Source: Armatimonadota bacterium
Lineage (GTDB): Bacteria; Armatimonadota; Fimbriimonadia; Fimbriimonadales; GBS-DC
Reading direction: 5' to 3'
Assembly (NCBI GenBank): GCA_037442365.1
Contig: JBBIQK010000002.1
Coordinates: 5,492 to 69,491 of the forward strand
Length of the DNA: 64,000 nucleotides
In this document: in pieces, positions 16,625-25,177 of the stretch
Layout of the letters: each line of letters starts with the position of its first letter
How positions within the stretch are numbered: position 1 is the first letter of the stretch
Position numbers and translations under genes: made by a program
Notes under the pieces: generated by a model
What the model saw: only the letters and a program-made list of their open reading frames with translations
The model's database searches: none
What the model was told of the DNA's origin: nothing

Positions 16625-19600
16625 TCAAACAGCCTCGGCTGTCGCTCCGCCTGAATAATCGCCTGCGGCTTGGGGAACCGCGCCTCGAAATCGTCAAAGA
16701 GCGGCTCCAGGCGCGCGGCGAACTTGTAGAGCTTGTCCACATAATGCTCGCGGTCTTCGTCGTCCGCGTACTCCTCCAGCAAGCCCAGACTGCCGTCGCG
16801 CCTGCGATAGACCAGAATGTAGTCGCCAATCTGGAAGCGCGTCGCCAGCGAATAGAGCGGGTGATTGGGCTGCTTGCTCTTCTGGGTGATGCGCTCGCGT
16901 CGGCAGAGCTGCTCGATACCGATCCCGCCGTTCAGAATCAGCCGCGCCAGCCGCTGGTACTCGGCGACGACCTTCTCTGGCTCGCCGTTGAGCAGCCACT
17001 GAATCGCCTGATTGAGAAACTCGCGCCCGAACTTCTCGTCCGCGCGGGAGCGCAGCGACGCGCCCTTGAAGGTCAGCTTGCCGTCGTAGCCCTGCAGCAC
17101 ATAGTTTTTTGTCTTCAGCGAGAGCATCGCCTTGTAGCGTCCATCATACGCCAGCCGAATGCCTTCGGGCAACACCGCGCCCACGCGCTCCACGAAGGCA
17201 ATCTCATCCGCTTCCGTTTTCACCGCGTCTGGCGGCTGGAAGTAGACCCCATCGGTGTCGATCTCCACCACCTGCCCGCCCTGTCGCTCGATTTCGTCGG
17301 CGATTTGCTTGACCAGCTCCTGTCCCGTGAGCGTCACCTGTTCGGCGGCGTCGTAGTCGTTGAAATGAAACGGCGCGCCCAGATACCCGTAGTAGCTCTG
17401 TCCCGTCCAGTTCATAAGCCTGTTCCGCCCCGCCAGCACCGTATGGTTGTCGGCGACTGTGAGGCAGTAGATTTCGCCGCTGTAGTCCTCCCAGCCGATG
17501 TGATGGGCATGCAGATGCGGCTTTTTGCCCTTCGTGCAGACTCCTATCCGATAGCATCCGTCATGTCCCCGATCGGTCGTTCGCAAGCCCAGATGCGTAC
17601 ACAGCCGAACAAAATCCTCACGGAGCTGGGGCGAGGCTGTAGAGAACCGCTTGCCCGTGCGTCGCGTATCGCCGTCGCCCGCCATCAGCGCATCGAACAG
17701 ATGGCGCAGCCGCTCTGCCTCCCAGCGGAACACCCATGCGGGAATACGCTTTTGCTTCGAGCCGTTGCCACACTCGCGCAGGAAAAACTCGTACCACAGG
17801 CGCGAGCAGAAATGCAGCCCGTTGCCGTCCTCGGAATACTCGATTCCCATGCGCTGCAGGAGTTGGGCAATCGCCTGCCTGCCCTGCGCCCGCTTCTGTG
17901 TGATGGAAATGCGATAGTAGACGCCGCGCACATGCCCGCTCGGATAGCGCCGTCGCTGCGACGAGTGAAGCGCCCCCTCCGCGATGTACCAGCCCATCAA
18001 TTGCAGGAAGTCATCAATAGCGTAGTAGCGCGGATGCGCCTTATGGGGTTGCCCCACGCGCCCAGCGCAGGGATAGCGTATCTTGAGAATGTCTCCTCGG
18101 CACACCTCCTCATAGGGTACACCGTTCGCCTCGCACCAGCGCGCCAGGTCGAACACTTCGGGCGCAGGCTCCATCGCAGGCAGCGGAGACAGGGCGGGCA
18201 ACCGCACATCGTGCTTACCCACCAGCTCGCAGGCGTATCGCCACTCCAGCGCGCCAGTCCGACTGCGCACCAGACAGCGGTGATTGGGCGTCAGCAGAAA
18301 GTCAACCGACCCGCTGCGCAGACGCACCATCTCGCCCTCGTAAAGCTGCCGATAAACTGCCAGCACAGGCTTGAGGCTCACGTGCTGCGTCGCTGGGTCG
18401 AGGCTGTAGACCCAATCGCCGACCCTGACAGCGCTGATGGGCTTGAATCCGTCGGGCGTGAAGACCTCGGTCGCCGCGTCGAAGCAGTTGATGAGAATCT
18501 TAAAAGAATTCTGCAGCCCATCCCAGTACGCCGCTTCGGCGCCCTGTGTCTTGCGGGCGCGCGCTTTGGCGTCCAGCCGCAGCTGGCGCAACCGCTCCAG
18601 CGTCGGCAGAAACACATTCAGATGGTCGGCGCTGGGCTTGATGGCGTACTTCAGCATCACGCTGGGGTACAGGCTCTCCACATCCGCTTTGACGATGCGC
18701 GGGATGAGTCCGACCTTTCGCACTTCGGTGTAGCCGCCGGGATACTCGCGCGACTGCTGGGGCGTCGGGATGGCGTACCCCGCCGCGAGGTACGCTCGCA
18801 GAAACAGCAGGTTCGCCTTCTCGCCTGTGCCGATGGTCGCCAGGTTCTGCAGCGTGTCGGGCAGCATCTGGCACTGGTAGAACTCGGTGGGCAGCGTCAG
18901 GTCGGCGAGGCGGCGCGTCTCATGCACATCTTGCAGGCAGTAGCGGCGCACCATTTCGGGGTCGGTGCGCCACAACTCGGCTATCTGCTCCCGCTCCAGA
19001 TAGATACGGTCGGGCGCAGCGATACCCAGTTGCTGCGTCGCCTCCTTGAGACCGTAGCTCTCCAGGTCGCCGCGCCCAATGTCGAACCGCTGTACGCTCA
19101 GGTAGGTGTCTATCAGGTGGCGCCCGAAGGCGAAGGCGGGGCGGAAGGTGCGACTGTTCGCGCCGATAATGCACTGGCGCGGCGCGCCGATTCGCAGCTC
19201 GGAGCCGTCGCGCCCCAGTCGCAGGGGCGCCCCCAACGCCTCCGCACGCGCCAGCAGGTACGGCAGGTCGAACCCGAACAGATTGTGCCCCTCAATCACA
19301 TCGGGGTCTAACGCCTGCACGCGCTCCACCAGCTGCTCCAAAATCCCTTTCTCGTCGCCGTCCAGCACGGCTTCGTAGCCGCGCGTGTCGCTAAGCGCAA
19401 TCATCAGCACCTGCGCGCCGGGCTGGTCGGGCGCGAGCGTGGTGGTCTCGATGTCCAGCTGCAGCCGATGCAGGTCGTCGAAGGTCATCCCCTTGAACAG
19501 CGTTTTGCCCGACCACATCAGGTACTGGCGCGCGAAGGCGCCGTAGGCGATGAGTTCGCGGTGTTCGTCGCGCAGGGCGCGGCGCAGGTTCTCGAACGCC

Positions 19601-19920
19601 TCGCGATTGTCGCATAGCGCGAGATATTTGAGCATTCGTCGCCCTGATGACGCGCCCGCCAGCTCTTGCCACTCCACGCCCTGCATGCGCATCATGGTAT
19701 CGCTCAGCAGCCAGGGGCGGAACGGCTCGTCGTGGGTGCGCACGCGCCCGCCCTCACGCACAAACAGGCGGATGTGCATGTTAGTCGCCTCGACCGCGAC
19801 GATAAAAGGCGTCGGGTCTTTGCCAAACAGCACGGGGTCATACTCGATGGCAGGCGCAGCAGTGTTCGGCGTGTCCCCCGCAGGCTCCTCCAGCAACGGC
19901 AGCGCAGGCTGCTCGTACAT
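16621..19920 (-). CDS. polB: family B DNA polymerase (Pol II-like), interrupted by an intein
   Basis: Exo motifs DIETT, GHNLFGFDLPYL and YCLQDVHET. Pol motif A is DVESLYPSVM. Motif B is split (KILIN | intein | SYYGYLG). Motif C is VEIDTDGVYF. The extein is about 736 aa. Confidence 0.9.
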   Translation of the reverse strand: MYEQPALPLLEEPAGDTPNTAAPAIEYDPVLFGKDPTPFIVAVEATNMHIRLFVREGGRVRTHDEPFRPWLLSDTMMRMQGVEWQELAGASSGRRMLKYLALCDNREAFENLRRALRDEHRELIAYGAFARQYLMWSGKTLFKGMTFDDLHRLQLDIETTTLAPDQPGAQVLMIALSDTRGYEAVLDGDEKGILEQLVERVQALDPDVIEGHNLFGFDLPYLLARAEALGAPLRLGRDGSELRIGAPRQCIIGANSRTFRPAFAFGRHLIDTYLSVQRFDIGRGDLESYGLKEATQQLGIAAPDRIYLEREQIAELWRTDPEMVRRYCLQDVHETRRLADLTLPTEFYQCQMLPDTLQNLATIGTGEKANLLFLRAYLAAGYAIPTPQQSREYPGGYTEVRKVGLIPRIVKADVESLYPSVMLKYAIKPSADHLNVFLPTLERLRQLRLDAKARARKTQGAEAAYWDGLQNSFKILINCFDAATEVFTPDGFKPISAVRVGDWVYSLDPATQHVSLKPVLAVYRQLYEGEMVRLRSGSVDFLLTPNHRCLVRSRTGALEWRYACELVGKHDVRLPALSPLPAMEPAPEVFDLARWCEANGVPYEEVCRGDILKIRYPCAGRVGQPHKAHPRYYAIDDFLQLMGWYIAEGALHSSQRRRYPSGHVRGVYYRISITQKRAQGRQAIAQLLQRMGIEYSEDGNGLHFCSRLWYEFFLRECGNGSKQKRIPAWVFRWEAERLRHLFDALMAGDGDTRRTGKRFSTASPQLREDFVRLCTHLGLRTTDRGHDGCYRIGVCTKGKKPHLHAHHIGWEDYSGEIYCLTVADNHTVLAGRNRLMNWTGQSYYGYLGAPFHFNDYDAAEQVTLTGQELVKQIADEIERQGGQVVEIDTDGVYFQPPDAVKTEADEIAFVERVGAVLPEGIRLAYDGRYKAMLSLKTKNYVLQGYDGKLTFKGASLRSRADEKFGREFLNQAIQWLLNGEPEKVVAEYQRLARLILNGGIGIEQLCRRERITQKSKQPNHPLYSLATRFQIGDYILVYRRRDGSLGLLEEYADDEDREHYVDKLYKFAARLEPLFDDFEARFPKPQAIIQAERQPRLFD
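17398..18486 (-). other. intein (363 aa) with LAGLIDADG homing-endonuclease domain inside PolB motif B
   Basis: Residues 479-841. Cys1 (CFDAATEVFTPDG), block B TPNH, LAGLIDADG motifs LMGWYIAEGA and LFDALMAGDGD, block F-like IYCLTVADNHTVLAG. It ends NWTGQ and is followed by Ser. Codon positions checked: TGC at 18486..18484 and CAG at 17400..17398. Confidence 0.8.
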
Positions 19921-19961
19921 GCTTCCAGTATACCTGAGCGTCGTTGCAGTGAGTGTTCAGC

Positions 19962-20780
19962 TTACGGCGCAGCCTCGGAACGCTTAGTAGCGGCTTTCAA
20001 CCCGCGCAGGTACTCGCCAATCGCCGTTTGCCCGTTGGGCGAGTCGGCGAACTCGTGCAGGTACTGCACCAGCTGGCTGCCCACCACCGCGCCGTCGGCA
20101 ATTCGGGCAATCTGGCGCACATGGTCGGGCTTGGAGACGCCGAAGCCGACGGCAATCGGCAGCGCGGTGTGTTCCCGGATACGCGCAATCAGGTCGGGCA
20201 GGTCGGGCGGGAGCTGGTCGCGTGCGCCCGTGACGCCCGTGCGCGAGACGCAGTAGATGAACCCCTGCCCGCGCGCCGCCACGAGCCGTATCCGCTCCGT
20301 CGTGCTGGTTGGCGTGAGCAGAAAGATGGGCTGTAGGGCGTGCCGATGGGCGCAGGTCAACCACTCGTCCGCCTCATCGGGGGGCAGGTCGGTCATCAGG
20401 CATGCGCTGAAGCCCGCCGCAACCGCATCCTGCGCGAACCGCTCCAGTCCATACCGCTGCACAGGGTTATAGTAGGTAAAGGCAATCAGGGGAATTTGCA
20501 GGCTGGGGGCGCTTGCGGCGACGGTCTCCAGCACGCGCGGCAGCGTCGTCCCCTGTTGCAGCGCGCGGTGCATCGCCGCCTGTATCACGGGTCCATCCGC
20601 CAGCGGGTCGCTGAAGGGAAACCCCACCTCCACCATGTCCACGCCCGAATCCTGCAACAGGCGCAGGATGTCGGGCAGCCGCTCCAACGACGGGTCGCCC
20701 GCCGTGATATAGGCAACCAGCGCGGCTTCACTCCGCGTCCGCAGCGATTCGAAAACCGTCTCCAGCCGTTCTGTGCGCAT
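19962..20780 (-). CDS. trpA: tryptophan synthase alpha chain
   Basis: MRTERLETVFESLRTRSEAALVAYITAGDPSLE...VEVGFPFSDPLADGPVIQ...GFIYCVSRTGVTG. Start at ATG 20780. No trpB is adjacent. Confidence 0.9.
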   Translation of the reverse strand: MRTERLETVFESLRTRSEAALVAYITAGDPSLERLPDILRLLQDSGVDMVEVGFPFSDPLADGPVIQAAMHRALQQGTTLPRVLETVAASAPSLQIPLIAFTYYNPVQRYGLERFAQDAVAAGFSACLMTDLPPDEADEWLTCAHRHALQPIFLLTPTSTTERIRLVAARGQGFIYCVSRTGVTGARDQLPPDLPDLIARIREHTALPIAVGFGVSKPDHVRQIARIADGAVVGSQLVQYLHEFADSPNGQTAIGEYLRGLKAATKRSEAAP

Positions 20781-20835
20781 GCAGGGGGGATTGTACCTTT
20801 TTCGCCACAGCAGCGCACAAAACCCCGTAAAAATG

Positions 20836-20844
20836 TGGTATAAT
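20836..20844 (+). promoter_or_regulatory. extended -10 element TGGTATAAT
   Basis: Lies 36 nt upstream of ATG 20880. The identical 9-mer recurs at 62848. Confidence 0.4.
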
Positions 20845-20879
20845 AGAGACATCCGATTACTTATTGAAGGAGGCACACC

Positions 20880-22004
20880 ATGAAACGCTACGCTTGTGTA
20901 GTGGGTATTGTGCTTGCTGTCCTGACTGGCAGCCACGCTCAGACGCTGACTTCTATCGGGAACGGAATTTCTGGCGATGGAAGCCTAACCATCCCCGTTG
21001 ACCCGTTTGGCGCATGGTACGCAAACTTCTCCAATGCCGCGAATCGAGGCGAGTTTTATGACCCCGCTGGGTTTCCTGGAGCAGATTACCCCACCTTCGC
21101 CACGGGCACTTACCTGTTTGTCGGAACCAGCTACCGCGTTGCGCTTAACCAGGAGCCCGGATGGGGTGGATCGCCTTCCTGGGCAGGCACCCTGACGGCG
21201 ACGGTCGTTTCTGGACCCACGGCGTTCGACTATGCCTACAACGATGGCGTGAACGACACCGCGACCGCGAGCTTCACCGTCGCCAGCGCGGATAATGTGG
21301 TGAACCTGAGTGTGAACATGTTAACCGCTGTTCGACGCCCGTCGTATACCGTCGTGCGCTACCAGATTACCAACAACTCCAGCAGTCCCATAGACTTCAA
21401 GCTCTATCGCGCCTGGGATCTGGATATTTACTGGGATGGAAACTACGAAAACGACGAGGTATGCGGCGGCGTTTACGGCGGGCAGGGCTATCCGTCTCAA
21501 GGCGAGTCCGGCGACTCTGCGTTGCGCTTCGCGCTGAGCAGTCTCAACCCGATTAACGGCTATGTCGCGGCGAAACGCACCTATCGAGACAGCAGCTGGG
21601 ATCCCAGCTGTCCCACGATGGGATACGGGACGGACATTCAGGAGTGGAACGCCTACGGTATCCCCTCGTGCTGGGTTAACTATGTCGCCTACTATGGGAT
21701 TGGACCCGGGTGCAGCGGTAGCGCCTTCGGCGACGGGCATATCGGGGTGGAAGTACCCGTTTCGCTGGCGGCGGGCGGCAGCGCGACTGTGACCTTCATC
21801 CACACCTACGGCGCGAACCAGCCCGCGACCTGCAACCTGGCGGATGTGAACCTCGACGGCGTGGTTGATGACGCCGACCTGCTCGCTGTGCTGTTCGCCT
21901 TTGGCAACGGCGCGCCGAATGCGGACGCCGATGTGAACTTCGACGGCGTGGTGGACGACGCCGACCTGCTGGAGGTGCTGTTCAACTTCGGTAGCTCGTG
22001 CTGA
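20880..22004 (+). CDS. secreted protein with C-terminal twin dockerin-like repeats
   Basis: Signal peptide MKRYACVVGIVLAVLTGSHAQ. The C-terminus is DVNLDGVVDDADLLAVLFAFG...DVNFDGVVDDADLLEVLFNFGSSC. AGGAGG SD. Confidence 0.7.
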   Translation: MKRYACVVGIVLAVLTGSHAQTLTSIGNGISGDGSLTIPVDPFGAWYANFSNAANRGEFYDPAGFPGADYPTFATGTYLFVGTSYRVALNQEPGWGGSPSWAGTLTATVVSGPTAFDYAYNDGVNDTATASFTVASADNVVNLSVNMLTAVRRPSYTVVRYQITNNSSSPIDFKLYRAWDLDIYWDGNYENDEVCGGVYGGQGYPSQGESGDSALRFALSSLNPINGYVAAKRTYRDSSWDPSCPTMGYGTDIQEWNAYGIPSCWVNYVAYYGIGPGCSGSAFGDGHIGVEVPVSLAAGGSATVTFIHTYGANQPATCNLADVNLDGVVDDADLLAVLFAFGNGAPNADADVNFDGVVDDADLLEVLFNFGSSC

Positions 22005-22020
22005 CACGCGCAGCCGTGCG

Positions 22021-22058
22021 ACTCGTGCGACGGGACACTACTCGCCCGTCGCACGAGT
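22021..22058 (+). terminator. strong stem-loop after the 20880 gene (14-bp perfect stem, 10-nt loop)
   Basis: ACTCGTGCGACGGG-acactactcg-CCCGTCGCACGAGT lies 17 nt after the stop. No U-tract follows, so it is an atypical intrinsic terminator or an RNA-stability element. Confidence 0.4.
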
Positions 22059-22162
22059 GTCCCCTTCAGGAAAGCCTTGTCAGGAACTTTCTTCAGATCA
22101 ATCAACGCCACTCGCGCTCCTTGAGAGCGTCTAATTGGGCACAATTAGCTGGAGGTTCGCAA

Positions 22163-23287
22163 ATGAGAGGCGTTCTGTTGATGGGACTACTGACACTGAG
22201 CGCCCTTACCTATGGGCAGCACTATCAGTATCGTGTGCTGATTGGCGATCGAGACGCCGAGCGCGGCGTACTCTACTACGACTATCCCACAGGCAACTTC
22301 GGCGTGCTGGGTATTTGCGAACCGTCGAACACCGCAAGCGACTTTTACTACGGGATTGCCGTTCATCACGAGCGGGGTGAAATCTGGGTATGCAATGTGT
22401 TGCGCAACCGAATCGATATTCTGGATTTCGACGGCAACTGCCTGCGCACGATGTCGTCGGGGTTCCGTGGTCCGCACGGTATTGCTATTCACCCCAACGG
22501 TGATAAAGTGGTGTTTTCACACAACACTTTCGCCATGGCGGAATACACCATTTCCACTGAGCAGTGGCGTCCGATTCTGTTCCGATACTTCGATGATGCT
22601 CTGGGAGCCTATGTGGTCTATCTCGATAGGATTTATGGAATAGAGTGGCATCCCGATGGGAGCTATCTGTACGCGGCGGCGCTGGGCGGGATTGCCGAGA
22701 TAGTCGCCGATGCCGACGGCTCGCTGACAAATACGATACGCTGTATGCGCGGCTCCAGCGCAATTGCAACGCCATGGGATGTGGCGGTAATCAGCACTGG
22801 CGCGCAGGCGACGCATCTGGCAGCCACCGACGATGAATTCGCTGGTTCGAACCGACCGCGTTTACGGCGTGTCGGCTTGTACGAGTTTGACACCACGCAG
22901 TCCGACTGCCGTCGACTGGGCGACCTTGCAGGGCACCCGGACAGTGCAGGCGGGCAGCTGTTCGGAATTGCCCATGCGCCCGACGGCACCCTGTGGGTGA
23001 GCAACTACGATAGCGGGCGCGTGTATCAGCTGGACGCCAGCGGTACCCTGCTGCGCACGGTACAGGCAGGCAATCCCAAACTGGGCGTCGGGATAGCCAT
23101 CCTGCCCAGGTGCTGGAGCCACGACGGCGATGTGAACGCCGACGGCTGCGTGGACGACGCCGATCTGCTATCCGTACTTTTCAACTTTGGCGCAGCCGAG
23201 CCTGGCATACGCGAGGATGTCAACTGCGACGGCATGGTGGACGACGCGGATTTGCTAACCGTACTGTTCAACTTCGGCTCGTGCTAA
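22163..23287 (+). CDS. secreted beta-propeller (NHL/lactonase-like repeat) protein with C-terminal twin dockerin-like repeats
   Basis: GGAGG SD and ATG 22163, signal MRGVLLMGLLTLSALTYGQ. Repeats include GPHGIAIHPNGDKVVFS, IEWHPDGSYLYAA and GIAHAPDGTLWVSNYDSGRVYQLD. The tail is DVNADGCVDDADLLSVLFNFG...DVNCDGMVDDADLLTVLFNFGSC. Confidence 0.7.
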   Translation: MRGVLLMGLLTLSALTYGQHYQYRVLIGDRDAERGVLYYDYPTGNFGVLGICEPSNTASDFYYGIAVHHERGEIWVCNVLRNRIDILDFDGNCLRTMSSGFRGPHGIAIHPNGDKVVFSHNTFAMAEYTISTEQWRPILFRYFDDALGAYVVYLDRIYGIEWHPDGSYLYAAALGGIAEIVADADGSLTNTIRCMRGSSAIATPWDVAVISTGAQATHLAATDDEFAGSNRPRLRRVGLYEFDTTQSDCRRLGDLAGHPDSAGGQLFGIAHAPDGTLWVSNYDSGRVYQLDASGTLLRTVQAGNPKLGVGIAILPRCWSHDGDVNADGCVDDADLLSVLFNFGAAEPGIREDVNCDGMVDDADLLTVLFNFGSC

Positions 23288-23385
23288 GTGTCGCAGCAGA
23301 AAGTTTTCGGCTGCTGAAGCAGGAGCTTCCGCGTTCCATACAGACGGCGCCTCGCCCACCAGTTGCACGCATACCACAAACAGAC

Positions 23386-24156
23386 TTACGCCGCCTCGCG
23401 CAGGACGCGCTCGATTTCGCCGAGTTGCGTGCGGATGCGCGCATCGTAGACGCCCTGCTCCGTCTCGATAATGCAGCCGCCTGGGTCGACGCGCCTGTCC
23501 TCGATAATCTCGATGCCCTCCGCGCCGTCCACTATCTGGAGCAGGGCAGGGCGGTGCTGGCGCACGGTCTCTATATCCAGCGGGTTCACACGGATACGCA
23601 GGCGCCCGAAGCCCTGCACGCGGCGGAGCGCCTCGCGCACAATCGCCCGCACATGTTCAGGCTGCAATCGGAGTTCCTCGCGCACGACTTTGCGCACGAC
23701 CTCCAGCGCCAGTTCGAGCATCTGCGATTCGGCAGTCTGTAGATAGGCTTCATACTGGGCGTGGACGGCGCTCAGGGCGCGCTGCAGTTCCGCGCGGAGC
23801 GTTTCAAGGGTCTGTTGCAGTGCAGTTTCCGCCTGCTGGCGCGCGTGTTGTTCGCCGTCGCGGTAGCCCTCTTCATAGCCGCGCTGGTAGCCCTCGCGGC
23901 GCGCCTGCTCACGAATGCGCTCCGCGTCCTGAATGGCTCTCAGGCGGATGGCTTCCGCTTCCGCGCGGAGCGTTTCTGCGTCAGGCGTCTGCTCTGAGTG
24001 CGGCGGCGCATATTCGGGGAAGGGCGACGCGCTCCCTGTGCGTGCAGGCGCGCGGGAACCTCTGTCAGTCGCCCCCAGCAGCTCGGTCAGCCCCGTGGGG
24101 GGCTGGGAACGCGCTTCGGCGAGGGCGTCTTTCAGGGTCGGGAAGGGCGCGCGCAT
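23386..24156 (-). CDS. fliH: flagellar assembly protein FliH
   Basis: Follows fliG directly. Charged coiled-coil (EEGYQRGYEEGYRDGEQHARQQ) plus a C-terminal FliH/NtpE-like domain (VRVNPLDIETV...GGCIIETEQG). Confidence 0.75.
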   Translation of the reverse strand: MRAPFPTLKDALAEARSQPPTGLTELLGATDRGSRAPARTGSASPFPEYAPPHSEQTPDAETLRAEAEAIRLRAIQDAERIREQARREGYQRGYEEGYRDGEQHARQQAETALQQTLETLRAELQRALSAVHAQYEAYLQTAESQMLELALEVVRKVVREELRLQPEHVRAIVREALRRVQGFGRLRIRVNPLDIETVRQHRPALLQIVDGAEGIEIIEDRRVDPGGCIIETEQGVYDARIRTQLGEIERVLREAA

Positions 24157-24157
24157 G

Positions 24158-25174
24158 CTAAATCAGCATCTCCTCCTCGCCGCCGCGCGAGATGACAATC
24201 TCGCCCGCCTCCTCCATGCGGCGCACGATGCTCACGACGCGCTGCTGCGCCTCTTCCACATCGCGCACGCGCACGGGTCCCATAAACTCCAGCTCCTCTT
24301 TGAGCATGTTCACGGCGCGCTCGGACATGTTGCGGAAAATCTTGTCTTTGAGCGCGTCGCTGGCGCCCTTGAGCGCGAGCGAGAGTTCCTTCATGTCCAC
24401 CTCTTTCAGAATCTGCTGGATGGCGCGGTCGTCCAGCTGCAGCAGGTCTTCGAAGGTGAACATCAGCTTGCGCACCTCTTCGGCGAGTTCGGGATTGTTG
24501 TCGGTCAGGTAGTCAAAAATCATCCGCTCGGTGTTGCGATCGACCCACTGGATGACCTCCACCAGCGATTTGACGCCGCCCGCGGCGGTCAGCTCCTGAC
24601 TGGCGATACTGGAGAGCTTGCGCTGCAACACATTCTCGACGCGGCGGATGACTTCGGGCGGCGTGCTGCCCATCGTGGCGAGCCGCTCGGCGACTTCGGG
24701 ACGCAGTTCAGGCGGCAGGCTACCCATCACGGCGGCGGCGGACTGGGGGTCCAGATATGCCAGCACCAGCGCGATGGTCTGCGGGTGTTCGTCCTGCAGG
24801 AAGGTGCTGAGCTGTGCGGGATGCACGCGCTTGATGGAATCGAACGGCAACATCTGGATGGCGCGGGTGAGCTTCGCCAGAATCTCCTGGGCGCGTTCGG
24901 GTCCGTAGGCGCGTTCGAGCATCTCGCGGGCGTGGTCCAAGCCGCCCTCCAGCGCGAGGTTCTGCGCCAGACACACTTCGTAAAACTCCTGAATCACCTG
25001 CTGACGCACTTCGGCGGGGATACTGCCCAGCCGCGCGATTTCGAGGCTCAGCTCCTCGACTTCGGCGTCGTTCAGGTGCGGCAGCACTTTGGAGGCAATC
25101 TCCGTGCCCAGTGCGACCAGCACAATCGCCGCCTTCTGCTTGCCTGTCAGTTTCTTCTCGCCCGGTTTCAGCAT
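24158..25174 (-). CDS. fliG: flagellar motor switch protein FliG
   Basis: 338 aa with LTGKQKAAIVLVALG at the N-terminus. The C-terminal domain (MFTFEDLLQLDDRAIQQILKEV...) is typical FliG. Confidence 0.9.
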   Translation of the reverse strand: MLKPGEKKLTGKQKAAIVLVALGTEIASKVLPHLNDAEVEELSLEIARLGSIPAEVRQQVIQEFYEVCLAQNLALEGGLDHAREMLERAYGPERAQEILAKLTRAIQMLPFDSIKRVHPAQLSTFLQDEHPQTIALVLAYLDPQSAAAVMGSLPPELRPEVAERLATMGSTPPEVIRRVENVLQRKLSSIASQELTAAGGVKSLVEVIQWVDRNTERMIFDYLTDNNPELAEEVRKLMFTFEDLLQLDDRAIQQILKEVDMKELSLALKGASDALKDKIFRNMSERAVNMLKEELEFMGPVRVRDVEEAQQRVVSIVRRMEEAGEIVISRGGEEEMLI

Positions 25175-25177
25175 GGC

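Noticed and set aside
17398-17430. Alternative intein C-terminal boundaries at the nearby Asn residues (..AGRN|R.. or ..RLMN|W..)
   Set aside because: The following residues, Arg and Trp, cannot act as the +1 nucleophile. The resulting extein would also disrupt motif B. Only Q|S regenerates KILINSYYGYLG.
16744-19311. 855-aa ORF antisense to polB
   Set aside because: The minus strand encodes all exonuclease and polymerase motifs plus the intein. This is an open antisense frame of the kind expected at this GC content.
21831-22004. Interpreting the dockerin-like tails as evidence for a cellulosome
   Set aside because: No cohesin-like or scaffoldin gene is visible. The passenger domains are not recognisable glycoside hydrolases. 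The motif is treated only as a Ca-binding repeat module.
23288-23385. Possible bidirectional terminator between the beta-propeller gene and fliH
   Set aside because: Only a short 6-bp stem (CAGCAG/CTGCTG) with an irregular loop and no U or A tracts, which is too weak to call.
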